NCBI GenBank assembly: GCA_965649765.1
Contig: OZ287752.1
Span: 3,596,001-3,660,000 of the forward strand
Direction: 5' to 3'
DNA length: 64,000 nucleotides
Source: Bispira polyomma
Lineage: Eukaryota
Shown here one piece after another: positions 12,188 to 24,950 of this stretch (positions are counted from its first letter, which is position 1; each line of letters begins with the position of its first letter). Under the pieces are notes generated by a model. The model made no database searches, was not told the DNA's origin, and saw nothing but the letters and a program-made list of their open reading frames with translations. Both the position numbers and the translations under genes were made by a program.

Positions 12188-15099
12188 TGCCCCTTGGTTG
12201 GGCGAGCGCTGTCCTCAGTGCTCAAAATAGAACATCAAACTACATGCGAGTCAAAATTTGAAGATGCAGAACCATTAAAATACAACAAATTCATGGTATT
12301 TGTACATAATATATATGTATAATCTGACATAAACAAGTGCAGAGAAAAATATGATTTGGGCATCCTAGGTCTGTCTAATAAACACTAATTATTTTGTAAA
12401 TACACATCCTAACAATGGAGCAGCTTATGTTACAACCATATAAAAAATTAAAACAGAACCTAGGAGCCGTCCACTTGGACATACCATGTGGTATAAGTCT
12501 GGTGAAAGAAGAGTATGGGACAACGACAAATGAGGGAGGAGAAATGGTAAATGGGGGACATGAGGGATGCTAACAGAGATAGATATGGTTAATTATGAGA
12601 ACAGGCATAAAATGCAAAGCTAAAGACATAAGAAACTAAGCGGATGAATGCACATATTCTAGTGAGGTATAAGTATAGTTGAGTTATGTGTATTGTTGTT
12701 GCTGATGGAAACATGTGTGTTCTGACAGTAGGAACTCAGCAGCTCCTGGAAGTAGGCTGGTCATATTTGAATAGAATAGATATGGCTATACCTCCCTGGG
12801 AAAGAGGATGCATATATAATTGTTCGGCTATAGGATGTAGAATTAACCCAGAGAAATTGATGATCACCGGGTATTGTGGTACTGTATAAGATAACGTACT
12901 TGCAGAAAAAACAAAACTGCTTGGTAGTTCATATACTAGTTCTGGGTATGCAAGCTGTGCCGTCGTGCGAAAGTGTCGACCCAATCGCTGTACTACCAGA
13001 GCACAAGAGGCAACATACTATGCAAGCCCAGAAGTATATCCTTGCATTTATACTTAGTAGTTGAACATGAAACCATGAAGGAGAGACTGTTGAAAGCAAT
13101 AATGAGCTGGTGTGTGTTCCCTGTCTGCCAAAAGAGGCAGTCATCTTGCTCAGACAACCGCGGCCCGGGGCTGCTGGAGCAGGAGATGTATACAATATAA
13201 TTTTTACCATATAATTGAACTTAATACCCTACTTCTGAGGGAATGAAAGGTTGACAATGTTCACCTAAAACTGGCATTACAACATAACTGATGGGTGAGA
13301 TCCATCTTGATATAGAACTAAGAATACCATCCCAAAGTATATATAGAGAGTTCTATTTACACCAATTGGAAAATCAGTCTAATGGTTGACTGGGGTACCG
13401 CGGTACAAGCAATTAAATGGAAAAAACATTTGCTGCAGCAATATATATATATATATATATATACATAGGAGGTGCAAGTAACATTTGGCACCTAGGGTAT
13501 CTATATGTAATAATAGCACCCTTGCACGCAGGTAGGATCAAAATGGATTTACGACTACCTACTGCAATGCATGCAACTTCGGTATGCATCTTTGCCATAG
13601 GGGTATAATATTACCCTAAGGTGTTTTTTTATAATAGGACTGAAGTACCAGATAAGATGAGGTATTTGTTCATCTGGTTGTTCTACGTGGGTCTCAATAT
13701 GTATATGTATATACAAAACATTTGAACAACCTTGTTGGGTTTGTTCAGATTAATTGTAATGGACACATAGGTCTACGAAGTACAAAACATAACATCATCA
13801 CTCCTTAGCTTTTAACTATTACCTCAACATTGGTGGACATATATATATAGCACTACTCAGGCGTTACAAATCCAGCAACACCTATTGCTTTCTACCCATT
13901 TTCTTGTTCCCATTTTTACATAATAATATTGTAAGGAGACCCACATAGTACTGACAGTAAATGAATATACAACAATAAACAATGACTGTACATTCACAAG
14001 ATGTATATACTTTTCACAAGAACCATGGAATACAATGACATTAAAAGTTCAATTGTAAGCCAGTTGGCTAAAATTGTAATGGCACAAATACATATTTGTG
14101 GAAACCTGAACACATACCAGAGATTATAGAGTTATCACCGAACACACACAACGGTGACTAAACAAGGTCACTGATTTTATATACATATATGTGTACAACT
14201 AAAGGTTTAGTTTGTACCCCTCCAACCATACCTCGGGGTCATGTATAGTCTGAAGGAAAGTTACTATATGTTTTACTTACACAACACTTTTGTACATCTT
14301 TAACTAGAGTTCAACTTTAACTATAAATGTCTATAGACGATACTCTGGTCAATAATCCAGATTTGGTTTTAACATTTGAACCTTAGTGCAATAAACTGTC
14401 AGTAAGCACTAATTACACATATGTCCTTTTGTTTTGGTATTATTTTTTAACACTAATATCATGTACTTTCCATTGTAATTCGTTTTGATTTAGACATTTA
14501 ATTCACCAATTGAGTGTACTTTCAATGACTGCCATTGAACAAATATAATCATACTACTTCATGTAGTCTTTTACATACATAGTTTCCCACTTGTATACAC
14601 ATATTGTCCATTATGTTTTTACCATTAACTCCCAAATTGTTTTTTCCAAGGAATATACCAATAAAATATTTTGCCAAACTTTGGCTGACACAACACTTTA
14701 TTGACACAACAAATGAGGCTGGCAGCACTGGCACATATTATGTATATAACTGGGATAATAAATCACATTCTGAATTTCCCAATCAATATAAGCCAACTTC
14801 ACTTTAAGGCTTGTATCTGAACGGGTCAGGTCATGGGCGGGGCGGAGAACTGACACTTGCTATAGCTGACTTGGCCTGGTTATAACATGGAGGCAGGACT
14901 TGCTTTCTAAGTGGCGGTGTCAAAGGATTGAATGTTAAGGAGGGTTTTATTTATTTTAATTAGCCTGAACACACCGAAAAGTAAAATAAACACAATAATG
15001 GCAAAGGTGAGAAGGTGGTGGCCATTCTTAATTTTGTGTGATTACACCCTCAAGGGGAGATGGTGAGGAAGCTATCTAGGGTGGGGTGCTGAAATGAGA

Positions 15100-15310
15100 A
15101 CGCCTTTTGCCGCGTTCCATGGGTAGAAATACTGGCATTTTTAAGCTGATATATGTGTATCCATCATCTAAGCATTAAGTGTAAACTGCTTGATGGCTAA
15201 AAGATCAATCTGAAGTTCAGCCGATTGATTGTTGTTGGATATGTGGTTAAAGAGTTCACCATGGGCACTTTGGTCCATAGTAAAAATAGAACTACTTGTA
15301 CTAACGCCAT
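15100..15310 (-). pseudogene. N-terminal remnant of an env-like third ORF
   Basis: ATG at 15310: MALVQVVLFLLWTKVPMVNSLTTYPTTINRLNFRLIF*PSSSLHLMLR*WIHIYQLK, then after a frameshift MPVFLPMERGKRR; signal-peptide-like start in the ORF3 position. Confidence 0.5.
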
Positions 15311-15858
15311 GACTAGGCTAGGTGATGTACTGCTTTTTACTGTGCTGCAAAATACATATTTCCCTTTATTTATTTATCTATTATAAGTGGATGTATTTAT
15401 ATTTCATTGCTGCTCTTCTTGGACTCCACCTTACTGACTATATGTCTTATGTTTGTATTCACTGACCTAGATCCAGGATTGTGTTATATGTGTTTTAAGT
15501 TTAAAATTTTGACTGCTAAAGTAGTAATAATATTTATCTATTTATTTATTTTTTGATTGTCACTAACAGTTGTTTTTTTTGACACCAGCAAATAGGAAAG
15601 CTGAATCAGTTTGAAATATTTTTCAACTGTATTTTCTTGTTAATGGCTGTGTAACTATTTTCCTTTATCCTTGGCCACACATAGTTACTGGCAAGAATAT
15701 CTTTTAAGCAAATTACCATACATAACACTTTAGTTGTGGATGTTTATCTCCCCTATAAGTTTGCAACCACATTATGTTTTCATGGGTGAGCAAAGTTGGT
15801 GTATTCATTTCCTTAAGCATGTGAGGCCACATGCTAAGGTGATTATGAGTGCCTCTGT

Positions 15859-18800
15859 TTATGTGCGATATACAAGCTTGGCTGTCCGATCTCTTCCTGT
15901 TTCCCATGGTAGCTGGGACAGCTGCCTTTTATCTACTTTTGTTTGTGTCAAAGGAATCCAGATGGGTGTTTGATCAGCAGTCCCTGGATACTTTATGAGC
16001 AAATGGCCCTTATCATATCTTTTGCCAAAGGGATGTTTTGACAAATGGGATCATTACCTCCCATGGTATGTGTTGAGTCATTAATGTTGGAACCATCAAT
16101 TTCTACCTTGTCTTGTGGGTGGGTGGCTGCAGGTGGCTTTTGACTTTATGGACTGTGGAGTGTTTTCTCAGGACCTGTTTCTAGTCTATTCTAATTCTAT
16201 TTTCAGCCTAGGGAGGTCAAGTGGATCTATTTGCTTATTTGTATTGGTGGGGTGATATCTGAAATGTGGCTGTAATATGCTGGTTTAAGCAGGTCTAAGT
16301 GGAACTGAGTGACAAGTGGTTGGTCAGTTAGTGTTTTGGAAAGTAATACTGCCTTACTACCAACAAACTCCCTTATTAAAAATGGACCAATCCATTTATG
16401 GCACAATGCTTTGCTGACACCTGTCTGAGGTGACAGAGCCTTAAGATAGACTGGTTGCAAAAGTGTGTATTTTGGGGACCTGCTGTGCTTGTTATACTGA
16501 TGGGTCAGTTTTTGTGTAAAGATTTTGTGATTCTCCCCAATTATTTGCAGGGCTAAATCCTTTGATTCCACAAGGTGCTTGATGCTGCTTGATGATTTCT
16601 TGAAAAGTTGTGACCACTGATAACTTGATGCATATTCTCAAAGATGTCTGGATATTCCCTTCCAAACATGACAAAGTAGGGAGCAAATTCTGTGGCCAAA
16701 GAAACTGCCGTGTTATGTGCATGGCTGACTATAGGAAGCTGTTCAGGCCATTTGTCAGGGAATTGTGCACAAACTTTATTGACCTGTGCAGTGACCATGC
16801 AGAAGTGGGATTCCACCAGTCCATTTGAGTGGTGAATGTAAGAGTATGCATATCTCAGCTCACAATTGAGTAGCCTTGCTACGGCCCTGAAAGTGTTTGA
16901 CCTGAAGTAAGAGGCTCTATCGCAGCAGAGTGTTTTAGGGGCCCCAAATTTTAGTACCACATATTCATAAACAGCCTTCATTACTGTGTTAGTGGTACTG
17001 TCTGGCAAAGCTACTAATTCCATCCCTCTGGAAACTGATTCCACCATTATCAGAATATATTTCTGTGTGTTATTTGCTGTGGAAATTGGGACCTTTAAGA
17101 GAAAAGGGGGAAGATTAGTTGGGGGAATATGCGCCCTGGCCAGGCGACTAGTGTTTTTAAACTGCTGACAAGATGGACAGGTTTTGACATATTCAGCAAT
17201 TAAGGTTCTCATTCTGGGGAAATAGTATTTGTTTCTGATGGTATGCAGCATTTTAAGCTCTGAAAAATGCCCAGTGCCATGGAATAAGGCTAGAACAGGA
17301 TCAACATATTGCTTTGGTAAAACCAAGCAGTATTGGATGTGGACATTGTTCTTGGCATACTGAGTTAATGCAACCCTGTATAAAACACCTTCATGTCATT
17401 CAAAGAATTCACCTTCTATGATTATATTTCTGGCTAGTTGCTTTTCTTCCAGCATAATCCCTTCCTTTAAATACCTATAGTATTTCCCTGTGTATGAATC
17501 CTGTTTTTTCTTTGGTTCGCAAAGATCATTTTGCCAACTCCCAAAATATCTATGTGTGTTATCTGTACAAGTCTGTGACCCCAGATTGACATTAATACCT
17601 TTTTGGTCATGCTCTCCTTTATCTCCTCTCATAGACAGCCTTTTCTCTCCTCTAGACCTATTAGTCCTGTCCCTCATGTTTTCATGGGCGAGTGTTTTAT
17701 AATGAGGGAGAGTAGATGCAGGTGTTGACTAACAACAAGCTCTCTGTATGAGATGCTGTTTGGCCAGGCTCTCAGGTGGTGGGGGAAGAGCAGGGGGAGT
17801 CTGATAATAACTTGGGTGGTTCCTAGTAATGATACTGTCACACTAAGATATGTTGGTGTATGTCAGCATGAGTTTTACTGTTTACAGTTCTTATTTTGCC
17901 TGGTTCACATGGATGCATTTTATCTGACAGTACTTGACTTAGTTTTTGGTTTTGTTGTCTTTGATGTAGTAGGAGTGGATCTTTGTCCATACTTTGTCAC
18001 ATTTGTCCGCTTCATAGTCCCATACTAAGATATTTTGCTTGTCGGGTTGTAACTTAGGTTTTGTCCACTGGTCAGTCTGCAATATCTCATAGAATTTGGT
18101 CTGAGGATTTTTGTTAGGGCTAATGTCCGGTTCACACCTGTCCGAATTGAGGTTCATGTCAGGGAAACATAAGGATTGGGCTTCTGCTTCTAGCTTTTTA
18201 AGGGATAGAGCTTTAAACTCAACACATTTTGTTCTGGACAAGAAGTCTGCAACAGTGTTTGCTTTACCTGGCTTAAATTCGATCTGCACGTCGTATTTCT
18301 CAAAAATAGCCAACATTCTACTAACTTTGGAATCTGTGTAGGCATTTTTAAATAGGTATATTAACGACCGGTGATCTGTCCTTAATATCACTTTTTGATA
18401 GGCAATATATCTGTGGAAATATTTCAGTGCAGAGACACATGCTAGCAACTCTTGGAAGGTTATACTCTCACGAGCTTCATGTGGACTGAACTTAAATGAG
18501 CCATAGTGTAGAGGGACTAATTTATTCTGTTCATCATGCTGTAGTAAACAAAAACCCTCCTTCGAGGTGTCGCTTTCAATGTAAAAAGTTTGGTCATACT
18601 GGGGCAATCTCAGTCTACTAGCGTTCAGTATTGCACTTTTTAGATTCCTAAAGCTACGTTCACACTCATCCGCCCATTTGTACATTTTTTTTGTCAAAGC
18701 ATACATGTGACTGGCTGTAACACTGAATTTTGCAATGAAACGTCTCATAAATGAGGCATAACCTAACAAGGACTTCATTTCTGTTTTATTATGTGGCTGT

Positions 18801-20408
18801 TGCTAGTTTTTTATGATGTCCTGTTTGTGGGGATCGAGCTTTAGTCCCTTGTCCGATATTTTGAAACCTAAAAACATCAGTTCTTTCACACAGAATTCAG
18901 ACTTTGTTGGACTAATTCTAACGTTACTGTCTTTAAACCTTTGCAGGACATCTTTTACGAGTTTCAGATGCGTAGTGACGTCATGTGACAGCAAAAGGAT
19001 GTCATGCAAGTAGGCGTAAACATTATGCCATGGTAAACCCTTTAACACGATTTGGAGCATGCGCACTAGCGCTGCTGGTGAATTCTTACCGCCCATTGGT
19101 AATCTTGTGAGATTATAGACATCATCACGTGTGCGGAACCCGAGGTACTTCCGGTGACGTGCGTCAACATTCACCTGATAAAATGCTTGACTTAAGTCCA
19201 TTTTTGTTATGTACGTTGGAGAGTAGGGCAGATTGTCTGTGACGTCATGTAATGATATTGGGACTAACTCATCTTTTGCGACATATGTATTAGACAGAAA
19301 CGTGAGTGGCTGTCAGGGCGTCGCACTAAGACAATGGGATTTAAATATTGTGTGTCGCTAGGCTCAGCAATGCCTGCCTGCACAAGCTCTTTTACTTTGT
19401 CCTCAATAGCAGCATATTTGTTTGGGTTATACCTAAAAGGGCAGCATTTCCAAGGGGTAACGGAGGGATCTATTCTTAATTGATGTGTATACATCTTGCA
19501 CTCTGGCAAGTAATCCCCTTTTCTATAGAATACACTGTCATATTCCATTGAAATCTGCTTCAGTTTTTGTTTGTTTTTATCACCTAAAACTATGTAAGTC
19601 ATGCTTAATAGGTTCTGGGTCTCTGTCCTGTTTATTGAACTCTGGCAGAGCTCTTCTTCTAAATCTGCTTTCTTGTTTCCATCTAGTTGGGCTGTCATCA
19701 TCAATCAAGCTTGGCTTGGGGGAGTGAGGGGGGATTTTACCATGTGGGGGGATTTGTAAACCTGTCTGGTTGTGGAAAGTTACCCACATGTACTATGTCA
19801 CTTTTGTTTACATACATTAAAAACCCCACAGGCTGATTTTTGTTAAGTACCAGTGTGTTTTTGCTTACATTTGTCAGAACAACTGGTAACCGAGTATTTT
19901 TGTTTGTTGATTTGCATAAAATACGCCCTCCATTTAGCTTTTTACTGAACTGATGAGGAAAGTGGCCCTGGGTATATATTTCCTTATCAAAGGGTATCCT
20001 GAGTTTTGTCGAAACCACTTGTTCTGTGTAAGGGGGGATTTCTAGCCTTTCTTACAGATGCAACCTGCTGTTAAATGTGACATACATTTCCTTGTCATCA
20101 TAGAACACATGTACCTGAGCTTGTCTGAGAAATGGAGTACCCAGAATTAGATCTCTGCCTAAATGTTTACTTACATACATAGGTACCTCATATTTTCTTC
20201 CCATGACTTCTAGTCTGGGGAAGATTTTGTACTGGAACTTAATAGAATTCTTATTGTCAGCAGTACCTGCTACCTTAACATCTGAGGGTGCCTTAACCAG
20301 GCTACTGAGATACCTATTGTGATCAATAACATTTTGACTGACACAATTAAGTGTGGCTCCAGTATCTAAAAGTTCCTGATAGTGTACTATACCCATTTTA
20401 ACTTTCAC
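15859..20408 (-). pseudogene. pol: Gypsy pol (protease, RT, RNase H, integrase), fragmented
   Basis: LLDTGA; NPIVLV, DLSQAFYQV, RLPMG, YLHD (degenerate YLDD); IESDTS, ELLA, TDHRSL, NTVADFLSR; IN H..H..CPSC, HSNGLVE, KWIGPF. Confidence 0.92.
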
Positions 20409-20812
20409 CTCCCCTCCCTGGGTGGTATATTATACTGGTGTTTTTGTCTGCATTTTTCTCTGCTGCAGTTTATCATGTAATTCTTTCTTATTTTTCTACA
20501 TAGCCTTCCACTTGGCGCAACTATTCAATTCACCATATGGGTATTCACTATTTTCCTCACTTAGTGGGGCCTGAAACCTACATGTTTTGTCTCCCTCATC
20601 TTTATCAAACCTTAAAGGCAAGGCATCATTGACAGGGTTCTTGACAAAAGAATTTGTTATATATCTGTTTGTTAAATCCCTAACTTGGTTGATATATTTT
20701 CCTGTATACATTCTACCATTCTTGTAATACTTTTTACTGGTCCTAGCATCCTGTAAATTTTCTTTGGGTGGGGATGTGTTTGGACATCTTTCAGGGTGAA
20801 AGGACCTATCTG

Positions 20813-22264
20813 CTAAAAAACCTGCCTTCTGTAGGAAGGATTTTGGGATGGGGACTGGTAATTTCTTTGGAAATTGGGTCTGTACTGACCTGAATACCCC
20901 CTATTACCCTGCTGGTATGTAGGTTCATATCCACGAGAATCTTGGGAGGACCTGGGTTCAAACCTCCCATCATTTCTAAAGGATCTACGTTCTGGCTTAT
21001 TGTAATTTTGGTAAGACCTAGGTTCAAATCTATTTGGACTGGGGAACGTCCTGTGGTCATATCGACCATAATCCTGAGAGAGTCTGGGTTCAAACTCTGA
21101 ACTATAACTAGGATGACTCATTTGGGACTGGTTTGGAACATATCTAGCCTGGGGTCTGGCTCTACACTCATTACTGGAGTGACCTTTTCTACCACACTTA
21201 TTATACTCTATTCTATTAGGGGAATAGTACCCTTGATCATTACCTCTACTGCCAGACTCATTTACTTGACAAGTTCGGGCTTTATGCCCCATTTTACCAC
21301 AGTTCCAACATTTAACCTCATTTACATTAAGTACAGCTTGTGTGCTTACCCCCTCGATTGGTTGTGGTGGAGCATGTGTATAACCTGCCTTCAGTTTGAC
21401 CGCTTGTGTGAGTTTGAGCACTGTGTCTAGCAGGGGATCAGGGGAACGCAAGTCTTCCGCTGTCGCGATTTCAGCACTTTGAAGCAAATTGGCCTAGTCT
21501 ACTGCTGCCCTGGGACCTCTGCTCAACACAGTCTTATGGTAAGTCAGGAGAAGGCCCCAGAAAAAAGTCTGGAAAAGGATGAGGTCTTGCTTGCCAAGTT
21601 TGTTGCCAGGTTCAGCGGCCCGGTTCGCATATTGCTCTATGGTTTCTGTATATGTTTGTTTTAGGGCCTCAAAATCCATTTCCTTGGCCCAACTTATTCC
21701 TTGTGGTTAAAACCGTGTTTTGGAGGCTTCAAAGATGTCCCTGCAGGCGATGTTGTCATCTTCTGGGAAGGTCAGCAAATACCACCGCTTTGCTTCCCCT
21801 TTCATGGACAACATGAAAATACCCCTAGTTTGGGCGTTTGTCATATTGTATAGTTTGACATAAGCACTAAAGTCTTGGAGAAATTCCCTTACATTCTCTG
21901 AGGAGCAGCCTGAGAAGGGCTAGATTTTGTAGGAGACTATGTCGGCTGCTAACATAGGTGGCTGAACTGGACGATCTAGTCTGGGCAGTGGTCCTACATG
22001 TCCGGGGAGAATGGGGTGGGCAGGGGGTGCAATGCCTTCTGCATCAGCTGGCAGTCCTTTTGGTGCTCCACCAGGCAGGGGATGAGCGCCTGGGTGGCCA
22101 GGAGCTGGTGGGCCATCCTCTCGTTCCTCAGGCAGAGCCAGTTGTGGTTCCACTTGTCTCAGGTCACCTCCTGGTCCCTCATGGGGCTGGACAAGGTTTG
22201 CCATCTGCCCTGGTTGTGAGAGTGCTACCTGGCACTCCATATATTGCTGGATACCCGCGAGCAT
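20813..22264 (-). pseudogene. gag: Gypsy gag (one frame with in-frame stops): Pro/Gly-rich N-terminus, capsid-like region, CCHC knuckles
   Basis: ORFs 21920..22291, 21494..21679 and 20813..21487 share a frame; PFSG...F...F motif; CWNCGKMGHKARTC plus a second degenerate knuckle. Confidence 0.85.
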
Positions 22265-22274
22265 TACTCCACCA
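22261..22274 (-). promoter_or_regulatory. Primer-binding site, probably tRNA-Ala
   Basis: TGGTGGAGTAATGC abuts the 5' LTR; complementary to a ...CUCCACCA tRNA 3' end as in eukaryotic tRNA-Ala. Confidence 0.7.
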
Positions 22275-22823
22275 TGTAAACGACAGGGCATATTCTGCCT
22301 CTGTTGGGATTAGAACCTGTGGCTCTTTAGATGTTCCTGGTTAAAAGTCCAGTACACTAACAGTTGAGCTAAAGGGGAAACCCCGAAAGCCCGAGTGTTT
22401 AATGGGTTGGTGTAGCCTCAAATGAGAGACCACTCGCCTAGCAACTCAATGAGAGGTGTCCTAGCCAGGATCTATTATTATTATTATAAAACCATTAAAA
22501 CACATATGATATCATGGCTTCAGTTTTTATTTGTTCCTTTTTTAAACTTTAATTTTAGTTTCTTTAATCACATCTTTATTATCAGTACATGTACTTTAGT
22601 AGTCCATTTTCACTTTTCTGTTTCTTTAATCACATCATTACTATTAGTACTTTAGTATTCTATTTTCACTTTTTATTATATAATTGAACACCTTTCACCT
22701 CCAAGTTTTTTCCCTTCTTCTCTCTCCTTCCACCTGGAGAGAAGCCTTGATTCACATGCTTCCCTTGCTTTTATCATTGTTGTTGGTTACCCTTTCTTTG
22801 GTTGCCTAAACCCGTACATGACA
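22275..22823 (-). repeat. Gypsy 5' LTR
   Basis: Direct repeat of 11641-12187, immediately followed on minus strand by the PBS. Confidence 0.93.
22296..22378 (-). other. tRNA-like (Lys-UUU-like) cassette in LTR U5 (second copy 11662-11744)
   Basis: TCCCCTTTAGCTCAACTGTTAGTGTACTGGACTTTTAACCAGGAACATCTAAAGAGCCACAGGTTCTAATCCCAACAGAGGCA: A-box-like TAGCTCAACTG, anticodon arm CTGG-ACTTTTAA-CCAG, B-box-like GGTTCTAATCC. Confidence 0.65.
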
Positions 22824-22874
22824 TTCCCTACAAGCCCCTATCCTTGCTCTCCATGTGGATATATCAACACCCAA
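22824..22874 (-). mobile_element. RTE-X-like LINE, displaced ORF1 N-terminus (element 5' end lies further right, not mapped)
   Basis: Reads LGVDISTWRARIGACRE and joins in frame to VPSEVP...GGVESNPGP left of the Gypsy when one 4-bp TSD copy is removed. Confidence 0.8.
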
Positions 22875-23355
22875 TTCACTAATATGTGTTCTAGAACTTA
22901 TTTCCTTACCACATAACTGCAGGGGTTACCTACAGTTGGCCAATTTGATTCATATACAGTTTATTTTTAAAATAAACGTCCATACGGTTTTACGCTACAC
23001 ACTAACTCCGAATAAATGTACAATGTAGTTGTGAATAGAATATTCTACAAGTGTGAAAATTAGTGAGAGAAAATTAATACTTAGGCATCTAGTTAACTTA
23101 ATCTAGGCATCTAGTTGCTATGTTTATCTGAGCTATGAGGCCATGGCCTTTTAGCTCATACATAACTTGGTGAACCTTTAAGGGACTAAAGTGCTGTGGA
23201 TTACATGGTGAAGCCAAGCAAGTTGTATAGTTGAGCTACAGGTTCAGAAAGAAATCATACAATAATAACCGCCAGTGCACATACATATCAATTTGATAAG
23301 AATGAGGTGAGTTAATTGAAATATTTATATAAATCATATAATAATTGGCGATTAT

Positions 23356-23465
23356 TATAGAAATAAACACCAATTTTATAATACACCAATAAACACCGGG
23401 CTTTTAGGCCCGAGCACCCATTAAGTTTACATAATGTAAATGCCACGAGGTGTTTATCTATTATA
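23356..23465. mobile_element. Degenerate palindromic MITE-like element
   Basis: tatagaaataaacacc ... ggtgtttatctattata inverted ends, inner cgggc-tttta-ggcccg. Confidence 0.45.
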
Positions 23466-24825
23466 AAACCCAACCCAACTAAAACAACATTTTTGAATGA
23501 AAATTGAAATTAAATTAAGAATACTTCTTTAAATATTTACTTTATTAAATGGTAGAAAAACGCTACCACTACATTATTTCTAATGCTACATTATTAGAAA
23601 ATAATGTTGTGTGAGTTCAATGGCAATGCATACCGCTTGGGTTTTATATACACATATGTAAGTTATTTATAGCATACTGCATGTCTTTTTATGGTGCTGT
23701 ACTCGGGATTATACTAGTAAAACGTTTTCTACACTGCATGGAAAAAGAGTAGGAGATATATGTTTGGTCCATCGTACAACCTACACTCTATATACCTACC
23801 TTTGTTGTGTGAAGATTTAGCCATTGATATTCAATTACATAATTGCTGTGATTGGCTCTAACAAAGTAATAAATGTGTACAGTAAATTACTCCAAATGTT
23901 AGTCAGTCTCCTCTTAGTAATAGTTTCATCCTGATTGTATATAAATATATAATTAATAGATACAATGTAAGTTACAACGTTTTCTGTCAATTAAAACATT
24001 TGTCACTTGTTGAGTGAAAATTGTTTGATAAATATTGTAGCATGAGTGACTGTATCCTATTAAGAGATACAAATAATAAATTTACAGGTAATGAGTTATA
24101 TGACATTATTTAATATTTTGGTACTAATTTAATTTCACGTATCATTATATTTGATCACATGGTCAAGATGTTCTAATTGTATATACGTTTTTTGTTGTTC
24201 TTTCTCGATTTTTTCCCCACAAATTGTGTACGATATTGTACGATAAATAAACAAATATATATTTATTGAAAAAGATCTCAAGCTTTCTATTTAGTAATGA
24301 GTTTTTCTCTACTACAAAGACAAACATAAAAAACATGAAACGAAGTACTAAACAATTGGTCTTCCCACACTAAGTGAAGTCAGACATCATTGCCAAAATT
24401 GAGATCAAAGAGTGTCACAATATATTGGTGGCAGTATGCTAATGATGCACATATCCGCCATTAGCATACTAATGATGATTTACCTAAAGGTGAATGGTTA
24501 ATAATTAAGTTAGACTCTTTGACTGAATGGTAATCGAGTTACAATCAGGCAGTGGCTCATTTGTGCAAACATTGGGTTATGGCTGGATCAAGTTACAAGT
24601 ACCCACAACATCAATTAAGCTATAGGTTCCTTGATTTAATATCAAAAGAAGGTAGTTTGTGAGGGAGTCTAATATTCCATAAACACTGCCCCCAATGGAC
24701 AAAGAGTCTTCATAGGTAAACAAATATAAGAGATATAATAAATACATCAAGAAATAAACTAAATATAAGGTTGCAGTTTGTATTATTGGTTTTAATATAA
24801 AGGGTACTAATTGATGGTTATGGAT

Positions 24826-24950
24826 GAGGGCTGGATCTCGAGCTTTCTCAATTGCTGCTCCTATGTTATGGAATAGTCTCCCTGCTGAGCTTAGATAGCT
24901 AGAAACACTTTCTGGTTTTAGGAAAAAGCTTAAAACCTATCTCTTCAAAC
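24826..24950 (+). mobile_element. L2/CR1-type LINE 3' fragment
   Basis: RAGSRAFSIAAPMLWNSLPAELR...FRKKLKTYLF; similar to 45496-45545. Confidence 0.75.

Larger units (their letters stand above)
11641..22823 (-). mobile_element. Ty3/Gypsy LTR retrotransposon, full length (~11.2 kb), degenerate
   Basis: Paired ~550-bp TG...CA LTRs, 4-bp TSD ctcc/ttcc, PBS, gag-PR-RT-RH-IN order, many stops and frameshifts. Confidence 0.95.
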
